Below, piece after piece: positions 51,224 through 60,502 of a DNA stretch of 64,000 nt (position 1 is the first letter of the stretch; each line of letters starts with the position of its first letter). Below the pieces are notes generated by a model, which was not told where the DNA came from, made no database searches, and saw nothing but the letters and a program-made list of their open reading frames with translations. The translations under genes were made by a program, and so were the position numbers. Source of the DNA: an uncultured Rivularia sp. (GTDB lineage Bacteria > Cyanobacteriota > Cyanobacteriia > Cyanobacteriales > Nostocaceae); the NCBI GenBank assembly GCA_963665115.1, contig OY762007.1, forward strand, positions 4,352,001-4,416,000, in the 5' to 3' direction.

Positions 51224-51398
51224 TTGTAGTGCGAGCATCTTGCTCGCTGATTGTGATATATGCTCGCTGATTGTGATATATGCTCGCTAATTATGATATA
51301 TCTTGCTCGCTGGTTAGGAGATAAAAAATTAATTTTTAATTGTAGTGGGAGCGTCTCGCTCCCTTAAGATATATAGCGAGCGAGACGCTCGCACTACG
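51224..51398. repeat. REP cluster with 20-bp tandem copies of a REP half plus spacer
   Basis: TGTAGTGCGAGCATCTTGCTCGCT, then TGCTCGCTGATTGTGATATA x3, then an inverted REP pair at 51341-51398. Confidence 0.8.
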
Positions 51399-51468
51399 AA
51401 ATTAGAACCAGCTTATACTTACTGCAACTAACAACTAACCACTAACCACTAACCACTAACAACTAACA

Positions 51469-52491
51469 ATGACATTACTATTAGCAGGAGATATCGGCGG
51501 TACGAAAACTATTTTGCGCTTGGTGGAAGCGTCGGAAAAGCCTGTATTGCGTACTTTGCATGAAGAACGTTATTCCAGTAAAGATTTTCCCGATTTAGTA
51601 CCGATAGTACAGCAGTTTCTAGCAGCCGCAAATGCAGGGACACCTCAAAAGGCTTGTTTTGCGATAGCTGGCCCTGTAGTCAACAATACTGCCAAATTGA
51701 CCAATTTAGCTTGGTTTCTCGATAGTTCGCGTTTGGAAGAACAATTGGGTATTGCTCACGTTACTTTAATCAACGATTTCGCGGCGGTTGGTTATGGTAT
51801 TTTAGGTTTGAAAAAGGAAGATGTACTAACTTTGCAAGAAGGGAAACTAAACCCCGAAGCACCTATTGGTATTCTTGGTGCGGGTACTGGTTTGGGACAG
51901 GGATTTTTAATTAAAGCCGGAGATATGTATCAGATATTTCCTTCAGAAGGGGGACATTCTGACTTTGCACCGCGTAAAGAATTGGAATTTCAACTGTTGA
52001 AATATCTGCTGGATAAACACGATATCCAACGGGTATCGGTAGAAAGAGTAGTTTCCGGTATGGGAATTGTATCAATTTACGAATTTTTGCGAGATCGAAA
52101 ATTTGCAGTAGAATCGCCAGAAATTGCTCAAGTGGTAATGACTTGGGAAAGAGAAGCAGGAAAAGAAAAAAGCGTCGATCCAGGTGCAGCAATTGGTACG
52201 GCTGCTGTGGCAAAGAGCGATCGCCTTTCCGAACAAACTATGCAGTTATTCGTAGAAATATACGGAGCCGAAGCCGGAAACTTAGCGTTAAAACTATTAC
52301 CCTACGGTGGTTTATACGTCGCTGGTGGAATCGCAGCCAAAATACTTCCTTTGATGCAAGAGGGTAGTTTTATGCTGAACTTCAGTAGTAAGGGTAGAAT
52401 GCGAAGCATTTTGGAAAACATACCCGTACATATAATTCTTAATTCGCAAGTTGGTTTAATAGGTGCTGCTATTAGTGCTTCTAGGTTATAA
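51469..52491 (+). CDS. glk: Glucokinase
   Basis: GDIGGTKT, LINDFAA, GAGTGLG, SEGGH, AGGIA. Confidence 0.95.
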   Translation: MTLLLAGDIGGTKTILRLVEASEKPVLRTLHEERYSSKDFPDLVPIVQQFLAAANAGTPQKACFAIAGPVVNNTAKLTNLAWFLDSSRLEEQLGIAHVTLINDFAAVGYGILGLKKEDVLTLQEGKLNPEAPIGILGAGTGLGQGFLIKAGDMYQIFPSEGGHSDFAPRKELEFQLLKYLLDKHDIQRVSVERVVSGMGIVSIYEFLRDRKFAVESPEIAQVVMTWEREAGKEKSVDPGAAIGTAAVAKSDRLSEQTMQLFVEIYGAEAGNLALKLLPYGGLYVAGGIAAKILPLMQEGSFMLNFSSKGRMRSILENIPVHIILNSQVGLIGAAISASRL

Positions 52492-52539
52492 CGGGAGCGA
52501 ACTAGATAAGTAATATCAGCATCTTCTTAAGCAACAACT

Positions 52540-53124
52540 ATGACAAAAAAAGCTTTCTTACCCCTAATCGCCGCCGGTTTGGTATTCAGCAGCTTTGCAG
52601 CAGTCGAAGTTAACCAACAGCAAACAGCTACAGCGCAAGCAGCCAAGAAATCACAATGGAAAGTCTTTAATTCCCCTGATGGCAGTTTCAAGGTATTAAT
52701 GCCGGGAATGCCTAAATCCATGAGTGAAACTAAAAAGACATTTATGGGGGAAATTAACTTAAACATATTTCTTGCCAAACCTCCCAAACAGCAAGTAGCA
52801 TACGTCGTCGCTTACAATGACTTTCCTCATAGTTACGGTAAACTGGCAGATCCTCAAGTAGTGCTGAATAATGCGCGGGATATGGCACTAAAAACCACGA
52901 AATCCAGATTAGTCAGTCAAAAAAACATTCGTAGCTACAACAATCAGCCAGGGCAAGAAATCGAGTACGTCAACTCAGCCGGAAAAATTACCAGAAACCG
53001 GATGTTTTTCGCTGAAGGGCGTTTGTATCAAGCAATGGTAATCACCACCAGAGAACAAGAAAAATATCTTGGTAAAAGCATTCGAGGATATTTGAATTCT
53101 TTTCAAGTGGTTTTGAGAAGGTAA
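52540..53124 (+). CDS. Secreted hypothetical protein
   Basis: Signal peptide; WKVFNSPDGSFKVLMPG. Confidence 0.8.
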   Translation: MTKKAFLPLIAAGLVFSSFAAVEVNQQQTATAQAAKKSQWKVFNSPDGSFKVLMPGMPKSMSETKKTFMGEINLNIFLAKPPKQQVAYVVAYNDFPHSYGKLADPQVVLNNARDMALKTTKSRLVSQKNIRSYNNQPGQEIEYVNSAGKITRNRMFFAEGRLYQAMVITTREQEKYLGKSIRGYLNSFQVVLRR

Positions 53125-53342
53125 TTAAATAGGTAATGGGTAATTGGTAGTTGGTAATTGGTAATTGGTAATTGGTAATTGGTAATTGGTAATTGGGGAT
53201 TGGGGATTGGGCATGGGTATTAAAAATAATCAGGGAGCAAGATGCTCCCACTACACAATGTTTGATCGCTCCTCCTCCTCTACCCCTTCTACCCCCTCTA
53301 CCCCCTCTACCTCCTCTACCCCCTCTACCCCCTCTACCCCCT

Positions 53343-54845
53343 CTACCCTCTCTCCCTTACCACTTGCAAAGTACACAAACTCGCATCCGCACAATTACTG
53401 ATAAACCCTCCCATCGCTTTTACATTTAATAAATGTTCCACAACTGCGGAAGTTATGATTTCTCCGGGGATTAACAAAGGAATTCCAGGTGGATAGGGAC
53501 AAACGGTTTCAGCACTGATACGATTAATTGCTTGTTTGATGGGTATGGTTTCTGTTGAACTAAAAAATGCTTGACGAGGAGATAGTTGTAAAGTATTTAA
53601 TTCAGGAAAATTATTCCATAATAACCTCTTCTTATTTTTGAGAAGGGGTTTTCTATATTCTTTCGCTAGAGTTTTGAAGGCTTTTATTAATTGTGCTATA
53701 TCTTCTGCGGTGTTTCCTAAGCTAATTATAAATGCGACAGTTTTCAATGAGGCGAATTCGGGGGTTACGTTGAATTTCTCATCTAATATTTCTTCTGCTT
53801 CAAACCCGGTTATTCCTAATTCAGAAATTGTTACGGTTAAGCGGGTTTTGTCTAAAGAGGGGGAAGAGGGGGTAGATGGGGGAGAGGGGGAAGAGGGGGT
53901 GGAGGGGGTAGAGGGGGGGAAAGATAAAGTTGATAATCCTGGAATTTTGTCAATACGGTTTTTGGCTTCTTCTGATAGTTGTAAGGTTTGGGTGAGTAAT
54001 TCTTTGGCTTGGAGTGCTATTTGTTGCCGTGCTGCGTCTAAGGAAGCTAGTAGTATATAGCTGGGACTTGTTGACTGAGTGAGTTGTAGGGCTTTGTTGA
54101 CGAGGTTAATATTTATCCTTTCACCTTGTACGTGGAGCATCGATGCTTGAGTCATGGCTCCGAGGGTTTTGTGAATTGACTGTACGGTTAAATCGGCTCC
54201 TGCACTTAATGCTGAGATGGGGAATTCGGGATGGAAGGCAAAATGTGCGCCGTGGGCTTCGTCTACTAATAAGGGAATATTGTATTCGTGGGTGAGTTTG
54301 GCGATCGCCTTAATATCTCCGCATACTCCGTAATATGTGGGATAAACCATCATCACGGCTTTTGCATCGGGATGTTTTTCTAATGCTTTTTCTAAACTTT
54401 CAACGGTGATGCTATGGGCAATTTCTAAATTTGCATCGTATTCTGGGTTGATAAAAATTGGTATTGCACCGCAAAGAATTAAGCCTGAAATTACCGAAGA
54501 ATGAATGTTACGGGGAAGGATGATTTTATCGCCGTCGTTGCAGGTTGCCAGAATTGCCGCTTCTATTCCGCAGGTGGAGCCATTAACTAAAAACCAAGTT
54601 TGCGAACTACCAAATGCTTCAGCGGCGAGTTGTTGGGCTTGTTGAATAACGCCTTCGGGTGCGAAAAGACAATCTAGTTGGGTTAATTCGGTTAAATCGG
54701 CGGTAAATACAGCTTTACCGAAATATTCTAGAAGTTTTGGTGAAATTCCTTTTCCTTGCTTGTGTCCCGGTGTATAAAAAGGTGCATGGGGACGATTGGC
54801 GTTGGATATTATTGCATCGAGTAAAGGAGTTTGGTTTTGATTCAT
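53343..54845 (-). CDS. Orn/Lys/Arg decarboxylase (PLP fold type I)
   Basis: FYTPGHK, LVNGST, VDEAHG, QSIHKT, PYPPGIP. Confidence 0.93.
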   Translation of the reverse strand: MNQNQTPLLDAIISNANRPHAPFYTPGHKQGKGISPKLLEYFGKAVFTADLTELTQLDCLFAPEGVIQQAQQLAAEAFGSSQTWFLVNGSTCGIEAAILATCNDGDKIILPRNIHSSVISGLILCGAIPIFINPEYDANLEIAHSITVESLEKALEKHPDAKAVMMVYPTYYGVCGDIKAIAKLTHEYNIPLLVDEAHGAHFAFHPEFPISALSAGADLTVQSIHKTLGAMTQASMLHVQGERININLVNKALQLTQSTSPSYILLASLDAARQQIALQAKELLTQTLQLSEEAKNRIDKIPGLSTLSFPPSTPSTPSSPSPPSTPSSPSLDKTRLTVTISELGITGFEAEEILDEKFNVTPEFASLKTVAFIISLGNTAEDIAQLIKAFKTLAKEYRKPLLKNKKRLLWNNFPELNTLQLSPRQAFFSSTETIPIKQAINRISAETVCPYPPGIPLLIPGEIITSAVVEHLLNVKAMGGFISNCADASLCTLQVVRERG

Positions 54846-54957
54846 TTTAAATCAGGGAACAATGTAAAGACTATTATTTTACGTCTCCAATATTTTAGTT
54901 AGTAACGAAAAAACTATATATTATTTATAGATATTTAAGGTGCATCATAACTAAATA

Positions 54958-55404
54958 ATGATTCCGGATTTTGATAATAATGGTAATTTACCTCCCGGTA
55001 TTTATTTCTGCAATTGGAATGAGTTTGAAGAGAGATTTGGGTACAATATTCGTCGTCAAACATTAATACGTGGAATTGAGGAAGTCTTAACTCAACTTAA
55101 AAATGCTGGCTGTCGGACTGCGTATTTAAATGGAAGTTTCGTTACAATAAAAACAAAGCCGAAAGATTTTGATTTGTGTTGGGATGGTAATGGTGTTGTT
55201 AACATAGATTATTTAAGAAAAAATGCTCCACTAATCTTGAATTTGTACAATAGTAATGCTCAAAAAGCTAGATACGGGGGTGAAATTTATCCATCAGACC
55301 AACCTGTAAACGAATCTACAACTTCATTTGAGTTTTTTCAACAAGACAGAGAAGAAAACCGCAAAGGTATCATTGCTATAAATCTATTAGAGTGGGATTT
55401 ATGA
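54958..55404 (+). CDS. Predicted pol-beta-like nucleotidyltransferase (DUF6932-like), candidate toxin
   Basis: IPDFDNNGNLPPG, NGSFVT...PKDFD (GS plus DxD), RKGII. Confidence 0.65.
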   Translation: MIPDFDNNGNLPPGIYFCNWNEFEERFGYNIRRQTLIRGIEEVLTQLKNAGCRTAYLNGSFVTIKTKPKDFDLCWDGNGVVNIDYLRKNAPLILNLYNSNAQKARYGGEIYPSDQPVNESTTSFEFFQQDREENRKGIIAINLLEWDL

Positions 55405-55925
55405 TTAAAAACGAGCATCAATATCGAACAACTAAATCTTGGGTAGAAAAGTTTCAACAATCAATAATTAGTTTGTATCGTAATCAAGAAAAAAAACAAA
55501 AAGACCTAGATGGTTGGAAATTGATTCTTGATTCTTACTTTTCTCAGATCCAAAATTTATTAGATGAAATTTCGGAATATGAATATTTAATAAATCACAA
55601 TTATAAAAAGCCTTTAATCTTATCAAATAGTGATGTACGTTTAGATGATATAGGTAGAATTTTAATCAAAGTAAGGATTGCAAAAAAGATTACAGAGAAA
55701 GAGCTAGCGATACTGACTAAATTGACTGAAGAACAGATAAAAGAATGCGAACAAAAAGATTATCAAAATGCTAGTTTTGATACGGTGATAGAAATTGCTG
55801 AAGCTTTGGGTGTAAAGTTGCAGCATTGCGTTGTGGTAGCAGAAACAAACGATTTGGTAAATGAGGAATTAATCAAAATAAGACAAGCACAACATACCGA
55901 TCGTGTAAGTCAGGTTAAAGGTTAA
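55401..55925 (+). CDS. XRE-HTH protein coupled to the upstream gene
   Basis: MIKNEHQY start overlaps the upstream stop (ATGA); C-terminal RIAKKITEKELA...IAEALG HTH. Confidence 0.75.
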   Translation: MIKNEHQYRTTKSWVEKFQQSIISLYRNQEKKQKDLDGWKLILDSYFSQIQNLLDEISEYEYLINHNYKKPLILSNSDVRLDDIGRILIKVRIAKKITEKELAILTKLTEEQIKECEQKDYQNASFDTVIEIAEALGVKLQHCVVVAETNDLVNEELIKIRQAQHTDRVSQVKG

Positions 55926-55979
55926 AGGTAGAATAACTCTTAACTCTTCACTCCTCACTTCTAATTTCTTTGGTTCATA

Positions 55980-56306
55980 CTAACCTTTATTTTCTTCTGA
56001 AAAATTTACTGTTAATGAAAAACCGAGTGTATTTAATAGCGCTACCAACTGATAAATTTCCGCACCACCGCTCAAAACCAATATTTGCTTAAGCCTTTCC
56101 CAATTAAGTTGTGCTGCTTCGGAAAGATTGTTCATCCTTAATCGTGCGTCAATCACATCATTAAGTGCTGATGATAGCAATTGAGGCTCAGGGTTTTCTA
56201 CTTCTAATATTGCTTCAATATAAGCAGCAGCTTCTTCACTATCTTTGAGAGATTCTACTAAATAATTTTGGTAACTATCACTGGTTGCCATTTTTACTTT
56301 CTTCAT
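55980..56306 (-). CDS. Addiction-module antidote-like DNA-binding protein
   Basis: SYQNYLVESLKDSEEAAAYIEAIL...LLNTLG; no cognate toxin ORF seen upstream. Confidence 0.7.
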   Translation of the reverse strand: MKKVKMATSDSYQNYLVESLKDSEEAAAYIEAILEVENPEPQLLSSALNDVIDARLRMNNLSEAAQLNWERLKQILVLSGGAEIYQLVALLNTLGFSLTVNFSEENKG

Positions 56307-56403
56307 AGTCTACCTAATACTCTCTTGCTCTAAGAATATCTTTGCCCTATTAGTGAATATACTGATATATTTATGTATAAGGTTTTAATTCTAAGTAAGT
56401 TTT

Positions 56404-56955
56404 ATGCGAATAACAAATATTTTGATGCTAGGCTCTTTAATTGCAATTGCTTTACCTAGTGTTTCCGCACGGGCAATTGAATTGGATGGTTCTTTTGACT
56501 GGAACGCTAAAGGTATAGAATTTTTAGATAATGGCGAAAGAAATCCATTAGTTGAAGGTAATACGTTTTCCGGTTCGGCAATATTTAACTTTGAAAAAGA
56601 ACCTTTCAAAATAGGTGATGTTACTTTCACAATCGAGGAATTTAATAATCAAACAGTTCCTCCAATTTTAGAAGAATTTGATGTTACAAGTGCGAACTTT
56701 GCAGAAGACGGAGACTTAGTAAGTTTTGTTTTTAGTAGAGACAGCGATACGTCTAACGGAATAGTTGATTTTAGCAACCCTACAGATAGTAGTAAGTCGT
56801 TTTTCGTAAATAATGATGGAAGAGATTCTTTAAAGCCAAGTAATCTTCAAGTTACTTACAAAAGCAAAACTATCCCCGAACCTTCTACCATTTTTGGCTT
56901 AACGACAGCTTTAGTCGGAGCAATATTCACAAGAAAAAAACTGATTAACTCTTAA
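56404..56955 (+). CDS. PEP-CTERM exported protein
   Basis: Signal peptide; C-terminal IPEPSTIFGL, TM segment and RKK. Confidence 0.88.
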   Translation: MRITNILMLGSLIAIALPSVSARAIELDGSFDWNAKGIEFLDNGERNPLVEGNTFSGSAIFNFEKEPFKIGDVTFTIEEFNNQTVPPILEEFDVTSANFAEDGDLVSFVFSRDSDTSNGIVDFSNPTDSSKSFFVNNDGRDSLKPSNLQVTYKSKTIPEPSTIFGLTTALVGAIFTRKKLINS

Positions 56956-57064
56956 ATCTCGTCCTCCTAACTTTCTCCTCAAATCGATATAGTCTGTTAG
57001 GAGGATGTTTAAAGTAGTAATTATTATTTAAGTTGGAACAGAATAATTTATCAACGAATTATCA

Positions 57065-57220
57065 ATGATTTCTCCCCAACTAATTGCCATACCAGGGCCA
57101 AATCCGACACCAGCACCCGCACCACCTCCGATGCCCGAGCCTACACCAACGCCAACACCGAATCCTACTCCTCAACCTGTTCCTTCTCCGCAACCCCAAC
57201 CGATGCCCAAACCGATTTGA
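57065..57220 (+). CDS. Candidate 51-aa proline-rich peptide not in ORF track
   Basis: MISPQLIAIPGPNPTPAPAPPPMPEPTPTPTPNPTPQPVPSPQPQPMPKPI*; varied Pro codons argue against a simple DNA repeat. Confidence 0.55.
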   Translation: MISPQLIAIPGPNPTPAPAPPPMPEPTPTPTPNPTPQPVPSPQPQPMPKPI

Positions 57221-57272
57221 AACAATTTGCTCTTAGCTTTAAGATATGCTGTGATTACAAATCCAAAATCTC

Positions 57273-57315
57273 GTACACTTGCTACAACGGAGGGAACCTC
57301 CGCAACGCAGTGTAC
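57273..57315. repeat. Small dispersed repeat (SDR-like hairpin)
   Basis: GTACAC...CGGAGG-GAA-CCTCCG...GTGTAC nested hairpin just upstream of ychF. Confidence 0.55.
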
Positions 57316-57334
57316 TTAAAATCTAAAATCCAAA

Positions 57335-58423
57335 ATGCTAAGAGCCGGGATTGTCGGACTTCCTAATGTAGGAAAATCAACTTTATTTAATGCTGTGGTG
57401 GCGAATGCTAAGGCTGAAGCTGCTAATTTTCCTTTTTGCACCATTGAGCCGAATGTCGGCATTGTTTCGGTACCTGACGATCGCCTGCAAGTTTTAGCGA
57501 AGATTTCTTCTGCAAAGCAAATTGTCCCCGCTCGTGTGGAATTTGTGGATATTGCTGGTTTGGTGAAGGGTGCAAGTAAAGGTGAGGGATTGGGAAACCA
57601 GTTTTTATCGAATATTCGGGAAACTGATGCGATCGTTCATGTGGTACGTTGTTTTGAAGATGATGACGTAATTCACGTTTCTGGCTCGGTGGGGCCAGCA
57701 AGAGATATTGAAGTGATTAATTTGGAGCTTGTTTTAGCGGATTTATCGCAAGTTGAGCGTCGCATGGATCGTACTCGCAAGCAAGCAAGAGCTAATAAAG
57801 ATGCTCAGTACGAAATGACGGTATTAGAAAAAGTTGCAGCAGACTTAAACGAAGGTAAATCTGTTCGTCAGATGAAGTTAAGCGAAGAAGAAGCAGAATT
57901 AATTAAACCTTTGACATTGTTGAGTGCAAAAAAGATTATTTATGCTGCCAATGTTTCCGAAGATGACTTATCTACTGGGAATAAATATGTAGAGCAAGTG
58001 CGAGAAATTGCAGCGCAAGAAGATGCTCAGGTAGTGATAGTTTCCGCACAGGTAGAAGCGGAATTAGTGGAATTATCTGATGAAGAAAGAAAGGATTTTC
58101 TTGAAGCTTTGGGTGTAGAAGAAGGTGGTTTAAAATCTTTGATTCGCGCTACTTATGACTTATTAGGTTTGCGGACATATTTCACATCAGGAGAAAAAGA
58201 AACACGAGCTTGGACAATTAAAGCTGGAATGTCAGCACCGCAAGCAGCAGGAGTAATTCATAGCGACTTTGAAAAAGGATTTATTCGTGCAGAAACAGTT
58301 AGTTATGATGATTTAGTTTCTTGTGGTTCGTTAAGTTCAGCAAAAGAAAAAGGCTTAGTTCGCGCTGAAGGGAAAGCTTATGTTGTAAAAGAAGGCGATG
58401 TGATGTTATTCCTAACTAATTAA
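57335..58423 (+). CDS. ychF: Redox-regulated ATPase YchF
   Basis: [38 protein letters not shown]. Confidence 0.97.
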   Translation: MLRAGIVGLPNVGKSTLFNAVVANAKAEAANFPFCTIEPNVGIVSVPDDRLQVLAKISSAKQIVPARVEFVDIAGLVKGASKGEGLGNQFLSNIRETDAIVHVVRCFEDDDVIHVSGSVGPARDIEVINLELVLADLSQVERRMDRTRKQARANKDAQYEMTVLEKVAADLNEGKSVRQMKLSEEEAELIKPLTLLSAKKIIYAANVSEDDLSTGNKYVEQVREIAAQEDAQVVIVSAQVEAELVELSDEERKDFLEALGVEEGGLKSLIRATYDLLGLRTYFTSGEKETRAWTIKAGMSAPQAAGVIHSDFEKGFIRAETVSYDDLVSCGSLSSAKEKGLVRAEGKAYVVKEGDVMLFLTN

Positions 58424-58790
58424 TATGAGTTTGTAGTAAGCGATTAATCGCTTTTGATAAGGAATAAATTCCTTACTACGAACTTAATTCTTTTTGTAGG
58501 GTGTGTGACGCTGCGACAAATTTTGTTAGTAATTACAAGTTTGAAAATAGCGTCACGCACCATCTTCTATTTATTCACCAACCTTGTATTCATCAATTAG
58601 TATAAATACGGAGCATTTTTGTTCGTAGTAAGCGATTTATCGCTTTCTTGCTCCTACCTCTCTATATTTTCTTCCTCAGCGCTCTGTGCGGTTTTTATCT
58701 CCGTAATCTTAAGAGCGTAAAAAGATAAGAATAAGGAATAAATTCCTTACTACAAACAAAATGTCTCAATTACAAATTACCAATTATTAA

Positions 58791-59945
58791 ATGAAAACCT
58801 ACGATATTATTGTTATCGGTGCTGGTATTGCGGGTGCTGCACTTAGCTATGAATTAGTTATAAAAGGCTTTTCGGTACTTTTAATTGAACAAAATACTAC
58901 ACCACAAAACGCGACTCGCTACAGTTATGGTGGCTTGGCTTTTTGGAGCGGTACAACTTCTTTAACTCGTCAATTGTGCGAGGAATCAAAAAAACTTTAT
59001 CAAAGTCTGTCAGAAGAATTAAACACCGATATTCAATTTCGCGAGTTAGATTTATTATTAACTATTCCTCAAGAGAATAATCCAGAAGAAATTGCTGCTA
59101 ATTACCAACGCTTTGCAACACCTCCGCAATTATTAAGCGTCAATCAAGCTTGTGAATTGGAACCTTTATTAAATAGAGATGTAATATCTGGAGCTTTAAC
59201 AGTAAAACACGGGCATATTCATCCAGAAAAAACAGCGCAAGCTTATATCAAAGCTTTTTTGCTGACTGGAGGAAAGATGCTTATTGCCGAAGTTTTGGAA
59301 ATAGAGCAAGAATTATTAGTTAAAACAAATAGCGATACATTTAGCTGCAAAAACGTTGTGGTTTGTGCTGGTGGATTTAGCCGAAAGTTGCTGCAAACAT
59401 CGAGTATTCCCATCCAAGTATATTTTACTCATGCAGAAATTATAGAAACTCCACCCGTAGACTTGAAATTAAATACATTAATAATGCCAGCGAATTTAAA
59501 ACGTTCTCAATTAGAAGCTGACACTAGTAAAAACGATAAATTATGGGATGAAACCAATAAACTCGGTTGGATTTTGGATCTAGGTGCAGTTCAATTTAAA
59601 GATAATAGTTTATGCTTGGGACAAATTAGTTTTGTCAACACGAATCCTGATGCCGATTTTGATGCTGAAAAAAGTGAAGCTGTATTACGAGAAAATATCG
59701 GTAAAATATTACCTGAATTAGAAAATATTCAAGGAACTTGTCATCATTGTTTAGTCACTTTTAGTAAAGATAATTTACCTTTGATTGGTACAGTTACTCA
59801 AAGCAATAATATTCATATTTTTTCGGGTTTTAGCAATCCTTTAGTATTTATTCCACCTTTAGCACGACGTTTCGCTAACTATTTAGCCGGGAATGAAGAT
59901 GAAATTATTGCTGGATTGTCTCCGCAAAGGTTTGCTGGTTTGTAG
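58791..59945 (+). CDS. FAD-dependent oxidoreductase (DAO family)
   Basis: IVIGAGIAG Rossmann motif, VVCAGGFS, DNLPLIG. Confidence 0.88.
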   Translation: MKTYDIIVIGAGIAGAALSYELVIKGFSVLLIEQNTTPQNATRYSYGGLAFWSGTTSLTRQLCEESKKLYQSLSEELNTDIQFRELDLLLTIPQENNPEEIAANYQRFATPPQLLSVNQACELEPLLNRDVISGALTVKHGHIHPEKTAQAYIKAFLLTGGKMLIAEVLEIEQELLVKTNSDTFSCKNVVVCAGGFSRKLLQTSSIPIQVYFTHAEIIETPPVDLKLNTLIMPANLKRSQLEADTSKNDKLWDETNKLGWILDLGAVQFKDNSLCLGQISFVNTNPDADFDAEKSEAVLRENIGKILPELENIQGTCHHCLVTFSKDNLPLIGTVTQSNNIHIFSGFSNPLVFIPPLARRFANYLAGNEDEIIAGLSPQRFAGL

Positions 59946-60005
59946 TAAGGAATTTATTCCTTGGATTAAGAGGACTAAAGTCCTTACTACTAACTTTTGT
60001 TCAGA

Positions 60006-60389
60006 TCAAATCCCTAATATTTCTCGCGACTTTTGCAACACAGCTTTGGGACGAAAAGGTTTAGTCATATATAAATCGGCACCTACTTTTAAACCTTTTT
60101 CTTTATCTTCTTCTTGCCCTTTGGCTGTCAACATGATTATATAAATATCTTGAATTTTTAATTCTTGTTTTACGGCTTTACATACATCTAAACCATTCAT
60201 TTTCGGCATCATAATATCTAGAAAAACTAAGTCTGGCTTTTCCTCTTCGATAGTTTCTAATGCTTCTTTTCCATTTTCCGCAATCAGTAATTCAACACCT
60301 TCATCTTCTAACTTTTCTAAAACTTGTTCCATTAAAATGCGAATGTTTGCTTCGTCGTCTGCAATTAAAATTTTCTTATCCAAGTTCAT
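60006..60389 (-). CDS. Single-domain response regulator
   Basis: ILIADDE, FLDIMMP, MLTAK, KPF. Confidence 0.93.
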   Translation of the reverse strand: MNLDKKILIADDEANIRILMEQVLEKLEDEGVELLIAENGKEALETIEEEKPDLVFLDIMMPKMNGLDVCKAVKQELKIQDIYIIMLTAKGQEEDKEKGLKVGADLYMTKPFRPKAVLQKSREILGI

Positions 60390-60502
60390 AATCTCCTCTT
60401 ATTTTAAGCTATTTGATAATGATTTGTAATATGTAGTTTTAGAAAATCTCAACCCGCCGTACTGCTCCCCTCTCCTTAGTAAGGAGAAAGGAAAAGGTGA
60501 GG

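Larger units (their letters stand above)
22134..53255. repeat. Dispersed GTAG-type REP family TGTAGTG(G/C)GAGC(A/G)TCT(T/C)GCTC(C/G)CT (coordinates span first to last copy)
   Basis: Copies at ~22134, 25249, 25601, 28768/28801, 34428, 37790, 43292, 51224, 51341/51376 and 53232. All are intergenic and several form inverted pairs. Confidence 0.85.
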
